Notes: a model not told the origin generated them from the letters alone. 59,299 bases of DNA from Candidatus Woesebacteria bacterium GW2011_GWB1_33_38 (GCA_000990005.1 LBPF01000004.1:1-59299); one strand, 5' to 3'; shown: positions 7,868 to 16,101, numbered from the stretch's first letter. Numbers and translations are program-made.

Positions 7868-9361
7868 CTTTGCAAATAATGAGCGTGTCGCAAAATATGG
7901 CGAGTTTTGCGCACGCTCGGAACAGGCCGTATTGTAGCCCAGTTTGTAATCTGTTTGGAGCGAATTACCTTCTAAAATGAAGTTCGAGCCGACACTTTTT
8001 GCAAAAGAGCGAAGCTCTTCTGCAACTACATTTTTTGCCGCGATTTTTCTAGCCTGAAAGGCTCGCAACATGAAGTTTTCGAAAGGTTCGAGCCAAAGTC
8101 CACCCTTTTCTTTTAGAACAGCGATTTTCTCTGCGATTTTTTGTTTTTCCTCAAAAATCTCATTCTTCTTTAGTTTATAAACTTCGGGGTCAATATCTCC
8201 TGAAATATAACCGTCGGTTAATCTACTAACTTTAAGGTCTTGTAATTTTATTTCGTTTTCAAAATTGTGAGATTTTTGAGAGACAAGTTTTGTCTCTAGC
8301 TTTTTATCTTCCTCAAACCACTTTTTCCAATCACTTTGCCAAGAAGAAGGCAAGGCAACTGCCGAAATTATCCTTTTAATCTCACTTTTGAGATTATCTT
8401 CAGAAATATACTTTTGACTGCACTTACCTAACTTTTTAGTACAACGATAGTAGGTATAGTCAGCACACCTATCAGTACCTTTGTAATATTTATGATGAAT
8501 TTCGGCAGTTATTGCAGCTCCACATTCCGCGCATCTGGCCAGTCCTGTAAAGGCAAACCTGTGTCCATCAGTTCTAGGTTTTTCTATCTTTTTGATTTCA
8601 GATTGAACAGAGTCAAACAATTCTTTGGGTATAAAACACTTATGCGTTCCTTTATACCACTCACCTTTATAGAAAAACTGACCCATATAGAATTTGTTAG
8701 TTAAAGTTCTTCTAATCCTTGTTAAGTCTAAAGGTTTGCCTTTACCTCCAAAAACTTTATTCGAAGCAAGGTATCTTGATATTTTCACAAAAGACTTTTC
8801 ATTTAAGAATAGGGTAAAACAGTTACTCACCAATTTAGATAGCTTTTTATCAATTACTATGTTGTGAGTAACTGGGTGATTTTTATACCCAAATGGAGCT
8901 TTTAGAGGCCAGATGCCCAAGCGCAATTTTTGCCTAATACCTCTTTTTACATTTTCACTTAAATTATCTACATAATATTTTCCTTGGGAAAAGGCGATTG
9001 AAAGCATGAATTTACCTTGTGGGGTATTATCAAACCAAAAAGTGGGGAATTTTAAATCAACTATTTTCCCAATATCTAAAAAGTAGATAATTTTGCCTCC
9101 GTCAACTGAATTTCTAGCAAGTCTATCGGCGTGCCATGACAAAATTGCGTTTGCCTTGCCTTCTTCAATGCTTTTAAGCATTGAATTAAACTTTTCTCTT
9201 CCAGGTTCTTTGGCAGTTTTTGACTCTGTAATAATTTCAGTTACAAAAAGGTTATTGCTCTTGGCAAATTCCTTTAGTTCTGCAACTTGTGACTCAATAG
9301 ACAAAACTTGCTTTGTGGCTTCGTCAGTTGACTTACGGCAGTAGATTATGTATTTGTCCAT
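7832..9361 (-). CDS. large serine recombinase (resolvase catalytic domain + recombinase domain + zinc ribbon)
   Basis: N-terminus YCRKSTDE..SIESQ carries the catalytic Ser region. CxxC...C cluster (ARCAECGAAITAE...YYRCTKK) and a coiled-coil tail. The ORF runs through IR1 into antisense tRNA-Ser(GGA). Confidence 0.85.
   Translation of the reverse strand: MDKYIIYCRKSTDEATKQVLSIESQVAELKEFAKSNNLFVTEIITESKTAKEPGREKFNSMLKSIEEGKANAILSWHADRLARNSVDGGKIIYFLDIGKIVDLKFPTFWFDNTPQGKFMLSIAFSQGKYYVDNLSENVKRGIRQKLRLGIWPLKAPFGYKNHPVTHNIVIDKKLSKLVSNCFTLFLNEKSFVKISRYLASNKVFGGKGKPLDLTRIRRTLTNKFYMGQFFYKGEWYKGTHKCFIPKELFDSVQSEIKKIEKPRTDGHRFAFTGLARCAECGAAITAEIHHKYYKGTDRCADYTYYRCTKKLGKCSQKYISEDNLKSEIKRIISAVALPSSWQSDWKKWFEEDKKLETKLVSQKSHNFENEIKLQDLKVSRLTDGYISGDIDPEVYKLKKNEIFEEKQKIAEKIAVLKEKGGLWLEPFENFMLRAFQARKIAAKNVVAEELRSFAKSVGSNFILEGNSLQTDYKLGYNTACSERAQNSPYFATRSLFAKRRRRDSNSRGC
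7865..7964. repeat. IR1 left copy (100 bp)
   Basis: Reverse complement of 9434..9533 with a single mismatch (7957). Contains an imperfect dyad, 7881-7895/7905-7918. Confidence 0.9.
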
Positions 9362-9389
9362 ACTTTAGTCCTCTCAAGGCAAGGCCTTG

Positions 9390-9418
9390 AAAAACATTTT
9401 GCATTTTTTTATATTTTC
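9390..9418. repeat. IR3 left copy (29 bp)
   Basis: GAAAAACATTTTGCATTTTTTTATATTTTC is the reverse complement of 9650..9678. Confidence 0.8.
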
Positions 9419-9433
9419 TTTCTTTTTAGTTGT

Positions 9434-9533
9434 TTCGCTCAAAACAGATTACAAACTGGGCTACAATACGGCCTGTTCCGAGCGTGCGCAAAACTCGCCA
9501 TATTTTGCGACACGCTCATTATTTGCAAAGCGG
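9434..9533. repeat. IR1 right copy (100 bp, inverted)
   Basis: Checked base by base against 7865..7964. Confidence 0.9.
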
Positions 9534-9604
9534 GCGTTATACAAAAAAATTCGAACTCAATTTCAAACTCAATGACTCGGACCGCTCCGGCTCGGCCTTT
9601 GGCC
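9530..9604. repeat. IR2 left copy (75 bp)
   Basis: Perfect reverse complement of 10830..10904. Weaker similarity continues about 15 bp further (CCTTCCGCGTA versus CCTCCGCGTA). Confidence 0.9.
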
Positions 9605-9649
9605 GAAGCCTTCCGCGTAAAGTGTCGGCTCGAACATCGCCGTTAGGCG

Positions 9650-9678
9650 AGAAAATATAAAAAAATGCAAAATGTTTT
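9650..9678. repeat. IR3 right copy (29 bp)
   Basis: GAAAATATAAAAAAATGCAAAATGTTTTT, inverted copy of 9390..9418. Confidence 0.8.
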
Positions 9679-9767
9679 TAACGTTCTAGTGTTCTTCTTT
9701 AAATTTATTCCATGTAAATAATTTTTCAATAGCCAAATTTAAACCAAAACTGTCTTTGTAGCTATTA

Positions 9768-10760
9768 TTGTCTTTTTTTGCTAGAATTCACGCAATTATG
9801 ACGATTGAGATAACATTGCCAATAAATACTGATACAGAACCGAAAACTGTTGGCAGATTGGCAAACATATTAAACAATTTCAGGCAAGCAAATAAATTTG
9901 GTGGCACAAGTTATGGATTTTTTTATCTAACAAACGAATGTAACTATGCTTGTGACATGTGTTATATGGATTCAAAGCCAGGACTTAAAAATACTCGATT
10001 AAATCCAGAACTTTCAAAAGGAATAATGCGTGAATTTCAAGGAATTGATGAAATTATAATTTCAGGTGGTGAGATAACGATACTTCCGTATTTTGTTGAA
10101 CAAATACAAACTGCAGCTGAAGTTGCTGGTTTTGTAACTGTCTTTACAAACGGAACAGGTTTTGTTGATAGATCGGTTCTAAGACAAACTGAAGATAATT
10201 TTGAAGCAATCCGAGACGCTGTAAAGTTAGGTATGGAAGAAAAGCTACAAAATATACCATCAAATGTTGAGATCACTATTCCAGCAACTGCATATCATCT
10301 AGTCTCGGATTCGGCTCATAAAGCACATAAATACCATGAAGCGATTGTTACAGCCAGTGCAACTTTGGCTCGAGAATGGTTTGATAGGAATGATAGACCA
10401 AAAATTAGATTTATTGCTAAAAATACCCCAGGACAGCCAAATTCAGGACAAGAAATTATTGATCGCTTTGGAATACAAGGTTTAGGGTCAACAGGTGCCG
10501 CTTTTCCTGGGGGTATTTCCAAAAACGGCAGAGGGGCATCAATTATGGAAGCAAGAAACCCATCTGAGGTTATATCTAAAATCGAGGGAGGTATTCACAT
10601 AAATCATCAAGGCGTTTTTGCCAATGAGCCGTCTTTGCTTCAAAAACTACATTTAAATAATGTTACTCCAGGAGAAATTTGTTCAATAGAATCAAGTACA
10701 TCTGTTGAAGAAGTCGTAAATTCGGTCGCGAGTTTTGTTGAAAGAGTCAGAGAAACTTAA
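9768..10760 (+). CDS. radical SAM domain protein (function unknown); start may be ATG 9798
   Basis: CNYACDMCY (CX3CX2C cluster) followed by the IIISGGEITILP SAM-binding-like motif. Confidence 0.65.
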   Translation: MSFFARIHAIMTIEITLPINTDTEPKTVGRLANILNNFRQANKFGGTSYGFFYLTNECNYACDMCYMDSKPGLKNTRLNPELSKGIMREFQGIDEIIISGGEITILPYFVEQIQTAAEVAGFVTVFTNGTGFVDRSVLRQTEDNFEAIRDAVKLGMEEKLQNIPSNVEITIPATAYHLVSDSAHKAHKYHEAIVTASATLAREWFDRNDRPKIRFIAKNTPGQPNSGQEIIDRFGIQGLGSTGAAFPGGISKNGRGASIMEARNPSEVISKIEGGIHINHQGVFANEPSLLQKLHLNNVTPGEICSIESSTSVEEVVNSVASFVERVRET

Positions 10761-10775
10761 TTTTAAGTGTCTCTG

Positions 10776-10792
10776 GTCGAGCTGTGCTCGAC
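10776..10792 (+). terminator. hairpin downstream of the radical SAM gene
   Basis: GTCGAGC-TGT-GCTCGAC followed by TTTAAAAA. The T-run is weak. Confidence 0.35.
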
Positions 10793-10829
10793 TTTAAAAA
10801 TCGCGTTCAAAAAATGTACGCGGAGGCGA

Positions 10830-10904
10830 GGCCAAAGGCCGAGCCGGAGCGGTCCGAGTCATTGAGTTTGAAATTGAGTTCGAATTTTTTTGTATAACGC
10901 CCGC
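10830..10904. repeat. IR2 right copy (75 bp)
   Basis: Perfect inverted copy of 9530..9604. It ends 1 nt before the ATG of the EEP gene. Confidence 0.9.
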
Positions 10905-11639
10905 ATGAAAATAATATTTTTAAATTGTTGGCAAGGAAAAGTTTGGGATAATCTATCTACTTTTTTGAAGAAACAAGAAAAAGACACAGACACCTTTTGC
11001 TTTGTTGAGGTTTCTCCAAAATTACATTCCAAATTCTCTGATTTATTGATCGGATTTAATGGTGTCTATGAATCAGAAAAACTAAAAGGATTGGATGGAA
11101 TTGAATATGGACAGTCTGTTTTTGTTCGAACAGGATTTGATATTCAAGAAAGTAAGAAAATATCATTATATAAAAATCTATCCAACGACATTGGATTTAT
11201 GCAAGTTGTAGATATTCAAATTAATGACAAGAGTTTGTTGATTGCAAATATTCATGGGATGTCAAATCCTGGGGATAAACTAGATACACTTTTTCGTCTC
11301 AAACAATCAAAAATAATTATTAAACATTTCATTCAAAAATTAAAAAGACCAATAATAATTACCGGCGACTTTAATCTGTTACCTGATACCAAATCTATAA
11401 AACTTTTTGAAAAAGCAGATTACAGGAATTTAATAAAAGAATTTAAAATAAAATCGACAAGAAACAAAATTGCTTGGCAACATTTTAAAAATGACCCAAA
11501 TTTTGTAAAGCAATACTATGCAGATTATTGTTTTGTTTCAAAAGACATAAAAGTAAAAAATTTTACTGTTCCGGACATTGAAATTTCCGACCACCTGCCA
11601 CTAATTTTGGAGTTTGAGATTCACCCCCACACCAATTAA
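10905..11639 (+). CDS. endonuclease/exonuclease/phosphatase (EEP) family protein
   Basis: MKIIFLNCWQG N-terminus and C-terminal ISDHLPLILEF motif. Start taken at ATG 10905. Confidence 0.65.
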   Translation: MKIIFLNCWQGKVWDNLSTFLKKQEKDTDTFCFVEVSPKLHSKFSDLLIGFNGVYESEKLKGLDGIEYGQSVFVRTGFDIQESKKISLYKNLSNDIGFMQVVDIQINDKSLLIANIHGMSNPGDKLDTLFRLKQSKIIIKHFIQKLKRPIIITGDFNLLPDTKSIKLFEKADYRNLIKEFKIKSTRNKIAWQHFKNDPNFVKQYYADYCFVSKDIKVKNFTVPDIEISDHLPLILEFEIHPHTN

Positions 11640-11654
11640 TATGTATTTAGAATT

Positions 11655-11912
11655 ATGTTTTATGTTTATGTACTAAAAAGTTTAAAAGACAAATTATTAT
11701 ATACAGGTTCAACAAATGATTTGAGACGAAGGTTCAAGGAACATAATTCTGGTAAAATATATTCAACAAGGTTGAGAAAACCATTTATTCTTATATACTA
11801 CGAAGCATACAATGATGAGAAGGATGCTAGAATGAGAGAACATAACTTAAAATTAAGAAGTAGAGCTTTTGCTCAGCTGAAAAAACGAATGGAAAGGAGC
11901 CTTAGGGCATAA
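11655..11912 (+). CDS. GIY-YIG nuclease superfamily protein
   Basis: FYVYVLKS...LYTGSTNDLRRRFKEHN is the GIY-YIG signature. Confidence 0.75.
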   Translation: MFYVYVLKSLKDKLLYTGSTNDLRRRFKEHNSGKIYSTRLRKPFILIYYEAYNDEKDARMREHNLKLRSRAFAQLKKRMERSLRA

Positions 11913-11917
11913 TTGGT

Positions 11918-13585
11918 GTGGGGGTAAATCAAATCGAGGAAGTTAAAAGTAAAACTGATATTGTATCCCTACTTGGGCAATATTTAGAACTTAAAAAGGC
12001 AGGTAGAAACTACAAAGCTAATTGTCCATTTCATGGTGAAAAGACCCCCTCTTTTATGGTTTCTCCAGAACTTCAGATGTATAAGTGCTTTGGATGTGGT
12101 AAGTCTGGAGATGTTTTTACTTTTTTAGAAGAACATGAGGGCATGGAATTTAGTGAAGCCTTGAAATATCTGGCTGATAAAGCAGGGGTTAAATTAGTTA
12201 GTTTTAAACCGGAAGTAACTTCAGAACGAGAAAAAATAATTGAAATAAACAAATCAGCTCTTAATTTTTACGAGTATGTTCTAAATTCCCATCCACAAGG
12301 CAAAAGAATTTTGGAATATTTAATTAAAGATAGGGGATTAAACCTTGAAACAATTAAACTTTTTAAAATTGGATATTCGCCTGAAAGTTTCAATGCTTTT
12401 TCAGATTTTCTAACAAAAAAGAAAAAATTTAACTTAAATGATTTGAAACTAACAGGGCTATTGGTAGGACGTGGAATTGATAGATTTAGAGGAAGAGTAA
12501 TTTTTCCACTTTTTGACCACAGAGATAATTGTATCGGTTTTGCAGGTAGAATATTGCCTTGGGTCAAACAGGACATGGCAAAATATATTAACTCTCCCGA
12601 CACTTCCGCATATCACAAATCAAAAGTTCTATATGGACTAAATCTTACTAAATCGTTTATAAGAGATGAAAAGTTTGCAGTCATAGTTGAGGGGGAAATT
12701 GATATGATTTCATCGTACGCTGCCGGCGTAAAAAATGTTATTGCGATTAAAGGTTCGGCCCTAACAGAAGACCAAATAAGATTAATAGGTAGATTTTGCA
12801 AAAAAATAGTTCTTTGTCTAGACTCTGACTTTGCAGGCGACGAAGCCGCTAAACGTGGGGCAATTTTAGCGTTTAATATGGATTTTGAAGTTAGGGTTGC
12901 CCATCTGGTCGGTTTTAAAGATCCTGATGAGATAGCAAGAAGTGATCCAGAAAAATATAAAAAGGCAATTGATGGTGCAATAGGAATCTGGGATTTCTTA
13001 ATAAATAATGCAGTCTTAAAATACGGAATAGAAACAGGCGAGGGTAAGAAAAAAATAAGCTCAGAAATTATTCCCTTAATTGCAACAATTCAGGATGAAA
13101 TTGTTAAATCCCATTACATTGAAGTTCTATCAAGAAAACTTTCTGTTCCTGTTGAGGCGGTATTTAGCCAAATAGAAAAAAATCCATCAAAACAAAAAAC
13201 TGATGAAATAAGTGATGTTCAAAAACAGGAAAAAACAAGAAGACAGCTTTTAGAAGAAAAGTTATTAGTTAATGCAATTTCCCTAAAATCTAAATTAATA
13301 TTTAAAAATGAAATAAAAGATTTAATATCCTCCGAATTTATATTAAAAGTTATTAATAATTTTGAAAAAAATAAAAATTTACCCGAAGAATTAAAAGAAG
13401 GTTATGAAGAAATGGTTTTAACTAATTCTGAGAGTGAAGATACCGATAAAATTATATTGGAGTTAACAAAATTAAAATTAAAACAAGACCTGGAAAATTT
13501 GGGAGAAAAAATAAAACTTGATGAAAACAACAAAGAATTGTTGGCAGAATTTGGCGGAATTAGTAAAAAACTTTCTACCCTTTAA
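11918..13585 (+). CDS. dnaG: DNA primase
   Basis: CHC2 zinc finger CPFHGEKTPSF..CFGCG. Toprim motif VIVEGEIDMIS. GTG start. Confidence 0.9.
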   Translation: MGVNQIEEVKSKTDIVSLLGQYLELKKAGRNYKANCPFHGEKTPSFMVSPELQMYKCFGCGKSGDVFTFLEEHEGMEFSEALKYLADKAGVKLVSFKPEVTSEREKIIEINKSALNFYEYVLNSHPQGKRILEYLIKDRGLNLETIKLFKIGYSPESFNAFSDFLTKKKKFNLNDLKLTGLLVGRGIDRFRGRVIFPLFDHRDNCIGFAGRILPWVKQDMAKYINSPDTSAYHKSKVLYGLNLTKSFIRDEKFAVIVEGEIDMISSYAAGVKNVIAIKGSALTEDQIRLIGRFCKKIVLCLDSDFAGDEAAKRGAILAFNMDFEVRVAHLVGFKDPDEIARSDPEKYKKAIDGAIGIWDFLINNAVLKYGIETGEGKKKISSEIIPLIATIQDEIVKSHYIEVLSRKLSVPVEAVFSQIEKNPSKQKTDEISDVQKQEKTRRQLLEEKLLVNAISLKSKLIFKNEIKDLISSEFILKVINNFEKNKNLPEELKEGYEEMVLTNSESEDTDKIILELTKLKLKQDLENLGEKIKLDENNKELLAEFGGISKKLSTL

Positions 13586-13610
13586 GAAACACTAAAATTT
13601 AGGTATAATT

Positions 13611-14696
13611 ATGCGTATGTTACGAAAACAAGTAATAGAAATAATTAAAAAAGCAAGAGACCAGGGATTTTTGATTCAAGAAGAAATATTAGAAATTTTT
13701 CCAGACGCCGAGGGAAGAATTGAAGAGTTAGACAACTTATACGACCAACTCCTTTCAGAAGGTATTGATGTTTTTGAGTCCGTTGCCTCAGACGATGAAA
13801 CTTCAATTGAAGCTTCCAAAGAAAAGCTTGATAAGGAAATAGAACTTTTAACTAGACTTGAGGGTATTGAATCAACTGATCCTGTTAGACAATATTTAAG
13901 AGAGATTGGTAGGGTTCCACTTTTGAATGCTGAAGACGAAATTGAGTATGCGAAGCGTTACGAAAAACAAGAAAAAAGAGCTAAAGATAAGTTAACTGAA
14001 AGTAATCTTCGTTTGGTTGTTTCTATTGCCAAAAAATATATTGGTCGCGGGCTATCACTTTTAGATCTTATTCAAGAGGGTAATCAAGGTTTAATTCGTG
14101 CTGTTGAAAAATATGATTGGAGAAAAGGATTTAAATTTTCAACCTATGCCACTTGGTGGGTACGACAAGCTATAACAAGGGCAATTGCTGATCAGGCAAG
14201 AACTATTAGAATCCCTGTTCACATGGTTGAAACTATAAATAAGCTTTATAGGGCAAGCCGTAGGTTGATGCAGGAATTGGGAAGAGAACCGACACCTGAG
14301 GAAATTGGGGAACAAGTAGAGCTTGATGGAGACAGAGTCAGGGAGATATTTAAAATTGCCCAAGAAACAACATCACTTGAAGCTCCTGTCGGAGAAGACC
14401 AGGAAAGTATTTTAGGGGACTTTATTCCAGATGAAAGCCAGCTTTCTCCAGTTGATCAAGCCAGTAAACAACTTTTAAAGGATCATTTAGATGAGGTTCT
14501 TGGGACTTTAACTGAGAGGGAGGCAAAAGTTTTAAAGCTTCGCTTTGGACTTGAGGGAACAAAACAAATGACCCTAGAAGAAGTTGGTAGAGTTTTTGGA
14601 GTAACCAGAGAAAGAATAAGACAAATTGAGGCCAAAGCCCTTCGTAAACTTAAACACCCCTCCCGCCGCAAAAAATTACAGGATTATTTGGATTAA
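13611..14696 (+). CDS. rpoD: RNA polymerase sigma-70 factor
   Basis: Region 2 [14 protein letters not shown]. Region 4.2 [30 protein letters not shown]. Confidence 0.92.
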   Translation: MRMLRKQVIEIIKKARDQGFLIQEEILEIFPDAEGRIEELDNLYDQLLSEGIDVFESVASDDETSIEASKEKLDKEIELLTRLEGIESTDPVRQYLREIGRVPLLNAEDEIEYAKRYEKQEKRAKDKLTESNLRLVVSIAKKYIGRGLSLLDLIQEGNQGLIRAVEKYDWRKGFKFSTYATWWVRQAITRAIADQARTIRIPVHMVETINKLYRASRRLMQELGREPTPEEIGEQVELDGDRVREIFKIAQETTSLEAPVGEDQESILGDFIPDESQLSPVDQASKQLLKDHLDEVLGTLTEREAKVLKLRFGLEGTKQMTLEEVGRVFGVTRERIRQIEAKALRKLKHPSRRKKLQDYLD

Positions 14697-14908
14697 ACTT
14701 CAACTCCTTTTTTTCCACCTTCTTGGCGTAAAGAAAGGTTCACTTCCGTAATTGGTTTGAGTACAGGATCAACCATTTTTTTTGTTATTCCCACACTGTT
14801 TATATTAGCACCAATACCCAAGGCAACACCTGCGGCATATAGTTCGTCGGTGTTTATCACATTTTCACTTAAGACCTTGCCTTGATCATTGAGAATTTGA
14901 ATTTTCAT
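14693..14908 (-). CDS. small protein, (CA)n-promoter family member P1
   Basis: 71-aa ORF. N-terminus [12 protein letters not shown] resembles 33335..33553. The promoter lies 9 nt upstream. Confidence 0.5.
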   Translation of the reverse strand: MKIQILNDQGKVLSENVINTDELYAAGVALGIGANINSVGITKKMVDPVLKPITEVNLSLRQEGGKKGVEV

Positions 14909-14917
14909 AACAGATGT

Positions 14918-14946
14918 ATTCTAAGTTGTGTGTGTGTGGATGTCAA
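14918..14946 (-). promoter_or_regulatory. TTGACA-N17[(CA)n]-TAGAAT promoter, leaderless spacing
   Basis: Minus strand reads TTGACAtccacacacacacaactTAGAATacatctgttATG. Confidence 0.6.
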
Positions 14947-14967
14947 TAGATGTGTATAATTTATGAT

Positions 14968-15123
14968 ATGAAAAAATTAAAATTAAAAAAGATACCAAAA
15001 TTTAAAACTGAAAAAGAAGAGAGACTGTTTTGGTTAAAAGTCGATTCCACTGAATATGTTGATTGGTCTAAAGCCGAAAGGTGGAAATTTCCAAATCTTA
15101 AACTTACTTCTAATTGGAACTAG
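14968..15123 (+). CDS. BrnA-like antitoxin N-terminal fragment (51 aa, not in ORF track)
   Basis: MKKLKLKKIPKFKTEKEERLFWLKVDSTEYVDWSKAE parallels MTKKIPKFRNIEEEQKFWQKNDTTEYFDLS of 44083..44352. No toxin partner is present. Confidence 0.4.
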   Translation: MKKLKLKKIPKFKTEKEERLFWLKVDSTEYVDWSKAERWKFPNLKLTSNWN

Positions 15124-15758
15124 TACCTTTCCCCTTTGGGTTTGGGGACAAAGGATCTGATGTTGGCCATTTCTTTTGGGAGTTGTTTATAAGTAAACAA
15201 GATTTTGTCAATATAATTTCCTAAGTCTCTATAAAGGTAAATATCATTTAATTCGATGTCGTCTGCGGAAGTGTGACTTATGTTTTCATCTGACGTTTTA
15301 ACTGTAGTTCTTGCATGTACAACAACAGTACCAATTTTAAGCTGTTTCCAGAGAATATTTGGAGAATATGTTTTAACCTTGACCGCTTCATCCCAACTAA
15401 GTGTTCTTATGTTTGTTGCAAAAAAGGTTGATGGATCAAATCTGATGATTCTTCTATCTGTAATATATGAAATGTTTCTTTTTTGAAAATTATCAACCAA
15501 TTTTGTTCCGATAATAATTATAGTTAAAGGTGTGATTGTTCCGATAATATAGAATATGTTTGAGATTTGAGAAATTTCTTTTCCCAGAAAGAAAAAAACT
15601 AAAAAAGTAACAAAAGCTACTAAAAATACCTTGATCAGGTTTGTGAAACCTGCAATAAAATGTGGGCGAGCAACATATAAGATTCTTTCATTTTCTTGCT
15701 GTCCGTAGAATAAATTTTCAGTATTAATCATTTTTTTGAATTTTAATACCTGATTCAA
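15120..15758 (-). CDS. membrane protein with bPH domain
   Basis: FYGQQENERILYVARPH, two TM helices, then a PH-like C-terminal domain. Paralog of 975..1652. Confidence 0.5.
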   Translation of the reverse strand: MNQVLKFKKMINTENLFYGQQENERILYVARPHFIAGFTNLIKVFLVAFVTFLVFFFLGKEISQISNIFYIIGTITPLTIIIIGTKLVDNFQKRNISYITDRRIIRFDPSTFFATNIRTLSWDEAVKVKTYSPNILWKQLKIGTVVVHARTTVKTSDENISHTSADDIELNDIYLYRDLGNYIDKILFTYKQLPKEMANIRSFVPKPKGERY

Positions 15759-16101
15759 TATTTGGTATTGTCAGTATACTTTCAGGAAACTTTAAATCTC
15801 TAACTTTATTTTCAAGTTCTAAAAGTTCTTTTTGAGTTGAGTTTAAATTCACTCTCGTTGCAGGTGAAGGAGCTTCTATTTTAGGTTTATTTAGTGTCAA
15901 CCCATCAGAATCACCATTTTTCATAAATGGTGAAAGAATTAAGCCTAATAAAATTAAAAATAACATAAAGACAAACAAAACTCCGATTGCATAATATAAA
16001 AGTTTACGAAGCTTAGGATTTGGAATTAGACTTTGGAATTTCATATCCAAACTTAATAATTTTGGTTTTAACTTGTCTAATATGTTGTTTATATTTTTCA
16101 T
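15724..16101 (-). CDS. small membrane protein
   Basis: ORF with one TM helix, overlapping its neighbours in an operon. Confidence 0.4.
   Translation of the reverse strand: MKNINNILDKLKPKLLSLDMKFQSLIPNPKLRKLLYYAIGVLFVFMLFLILLGLILSPFMKNGDSDGLTLNKPKIEAPSPATRVNLNSTQKELLELENKVRDLKFPESILTIPNIESGIKIQKND

Larger units (their letters stand above)
7865..10904. mobile_element. putative 3.04-kb integrated element (serine recombinase + radical SAM) at tRNA-Ser(GGA)
   Basis: Left junction CCTCCT[CCGC]TTTGCAAAT. Right junction TATAACGC[CCGC]ATGAAA. An internal inverted copy reads TATAACGC[CCGC]TTTGCAAAT, which equals the two ends joined. Confidence 0.6.

Noticed and set aside
7039-7914. Track ORFs 7039..7251 (-), 7573..7914 (-) and 7798..7980 (+).
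   Set aside because: They are antisense to, or overlap, tRNA-Arg, tRNA-Ser(CGA) and tRNA-Ser(GGA), and contain translated tRNA sequence. They are spurious.
9387-9660. Track ORFs 9387..9575 and 9430..9660 as real genes.
   Set aside because: They simply read through the inverted copy of the recombinase 3' end (IR1), IR2 and a recombinase remnant. They are useful only for predicting the circular-form tail.
10871-10884. GAGTTCGAAT in IR2-right as a duplicated tRNA-Ser T-arm, which would be a classical attR tRNA fragment.
   Set aside because: Only 10 nt match and the flanks diverge. The junction comparison places the crossover at CCGC, not in the T-arm. The match is likely chance.
14927-14940. 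The GT/CA dinucleotide tracts (also at 26341, 27346, 33576, 41782) as CRISPR-like or microsatellite noise.
   Set aside because: They are not spaced repeats with unique spacers. Each sits precisely between a TTGACA box and a TAnAAT box, so they are interpreted as promoter spacers.
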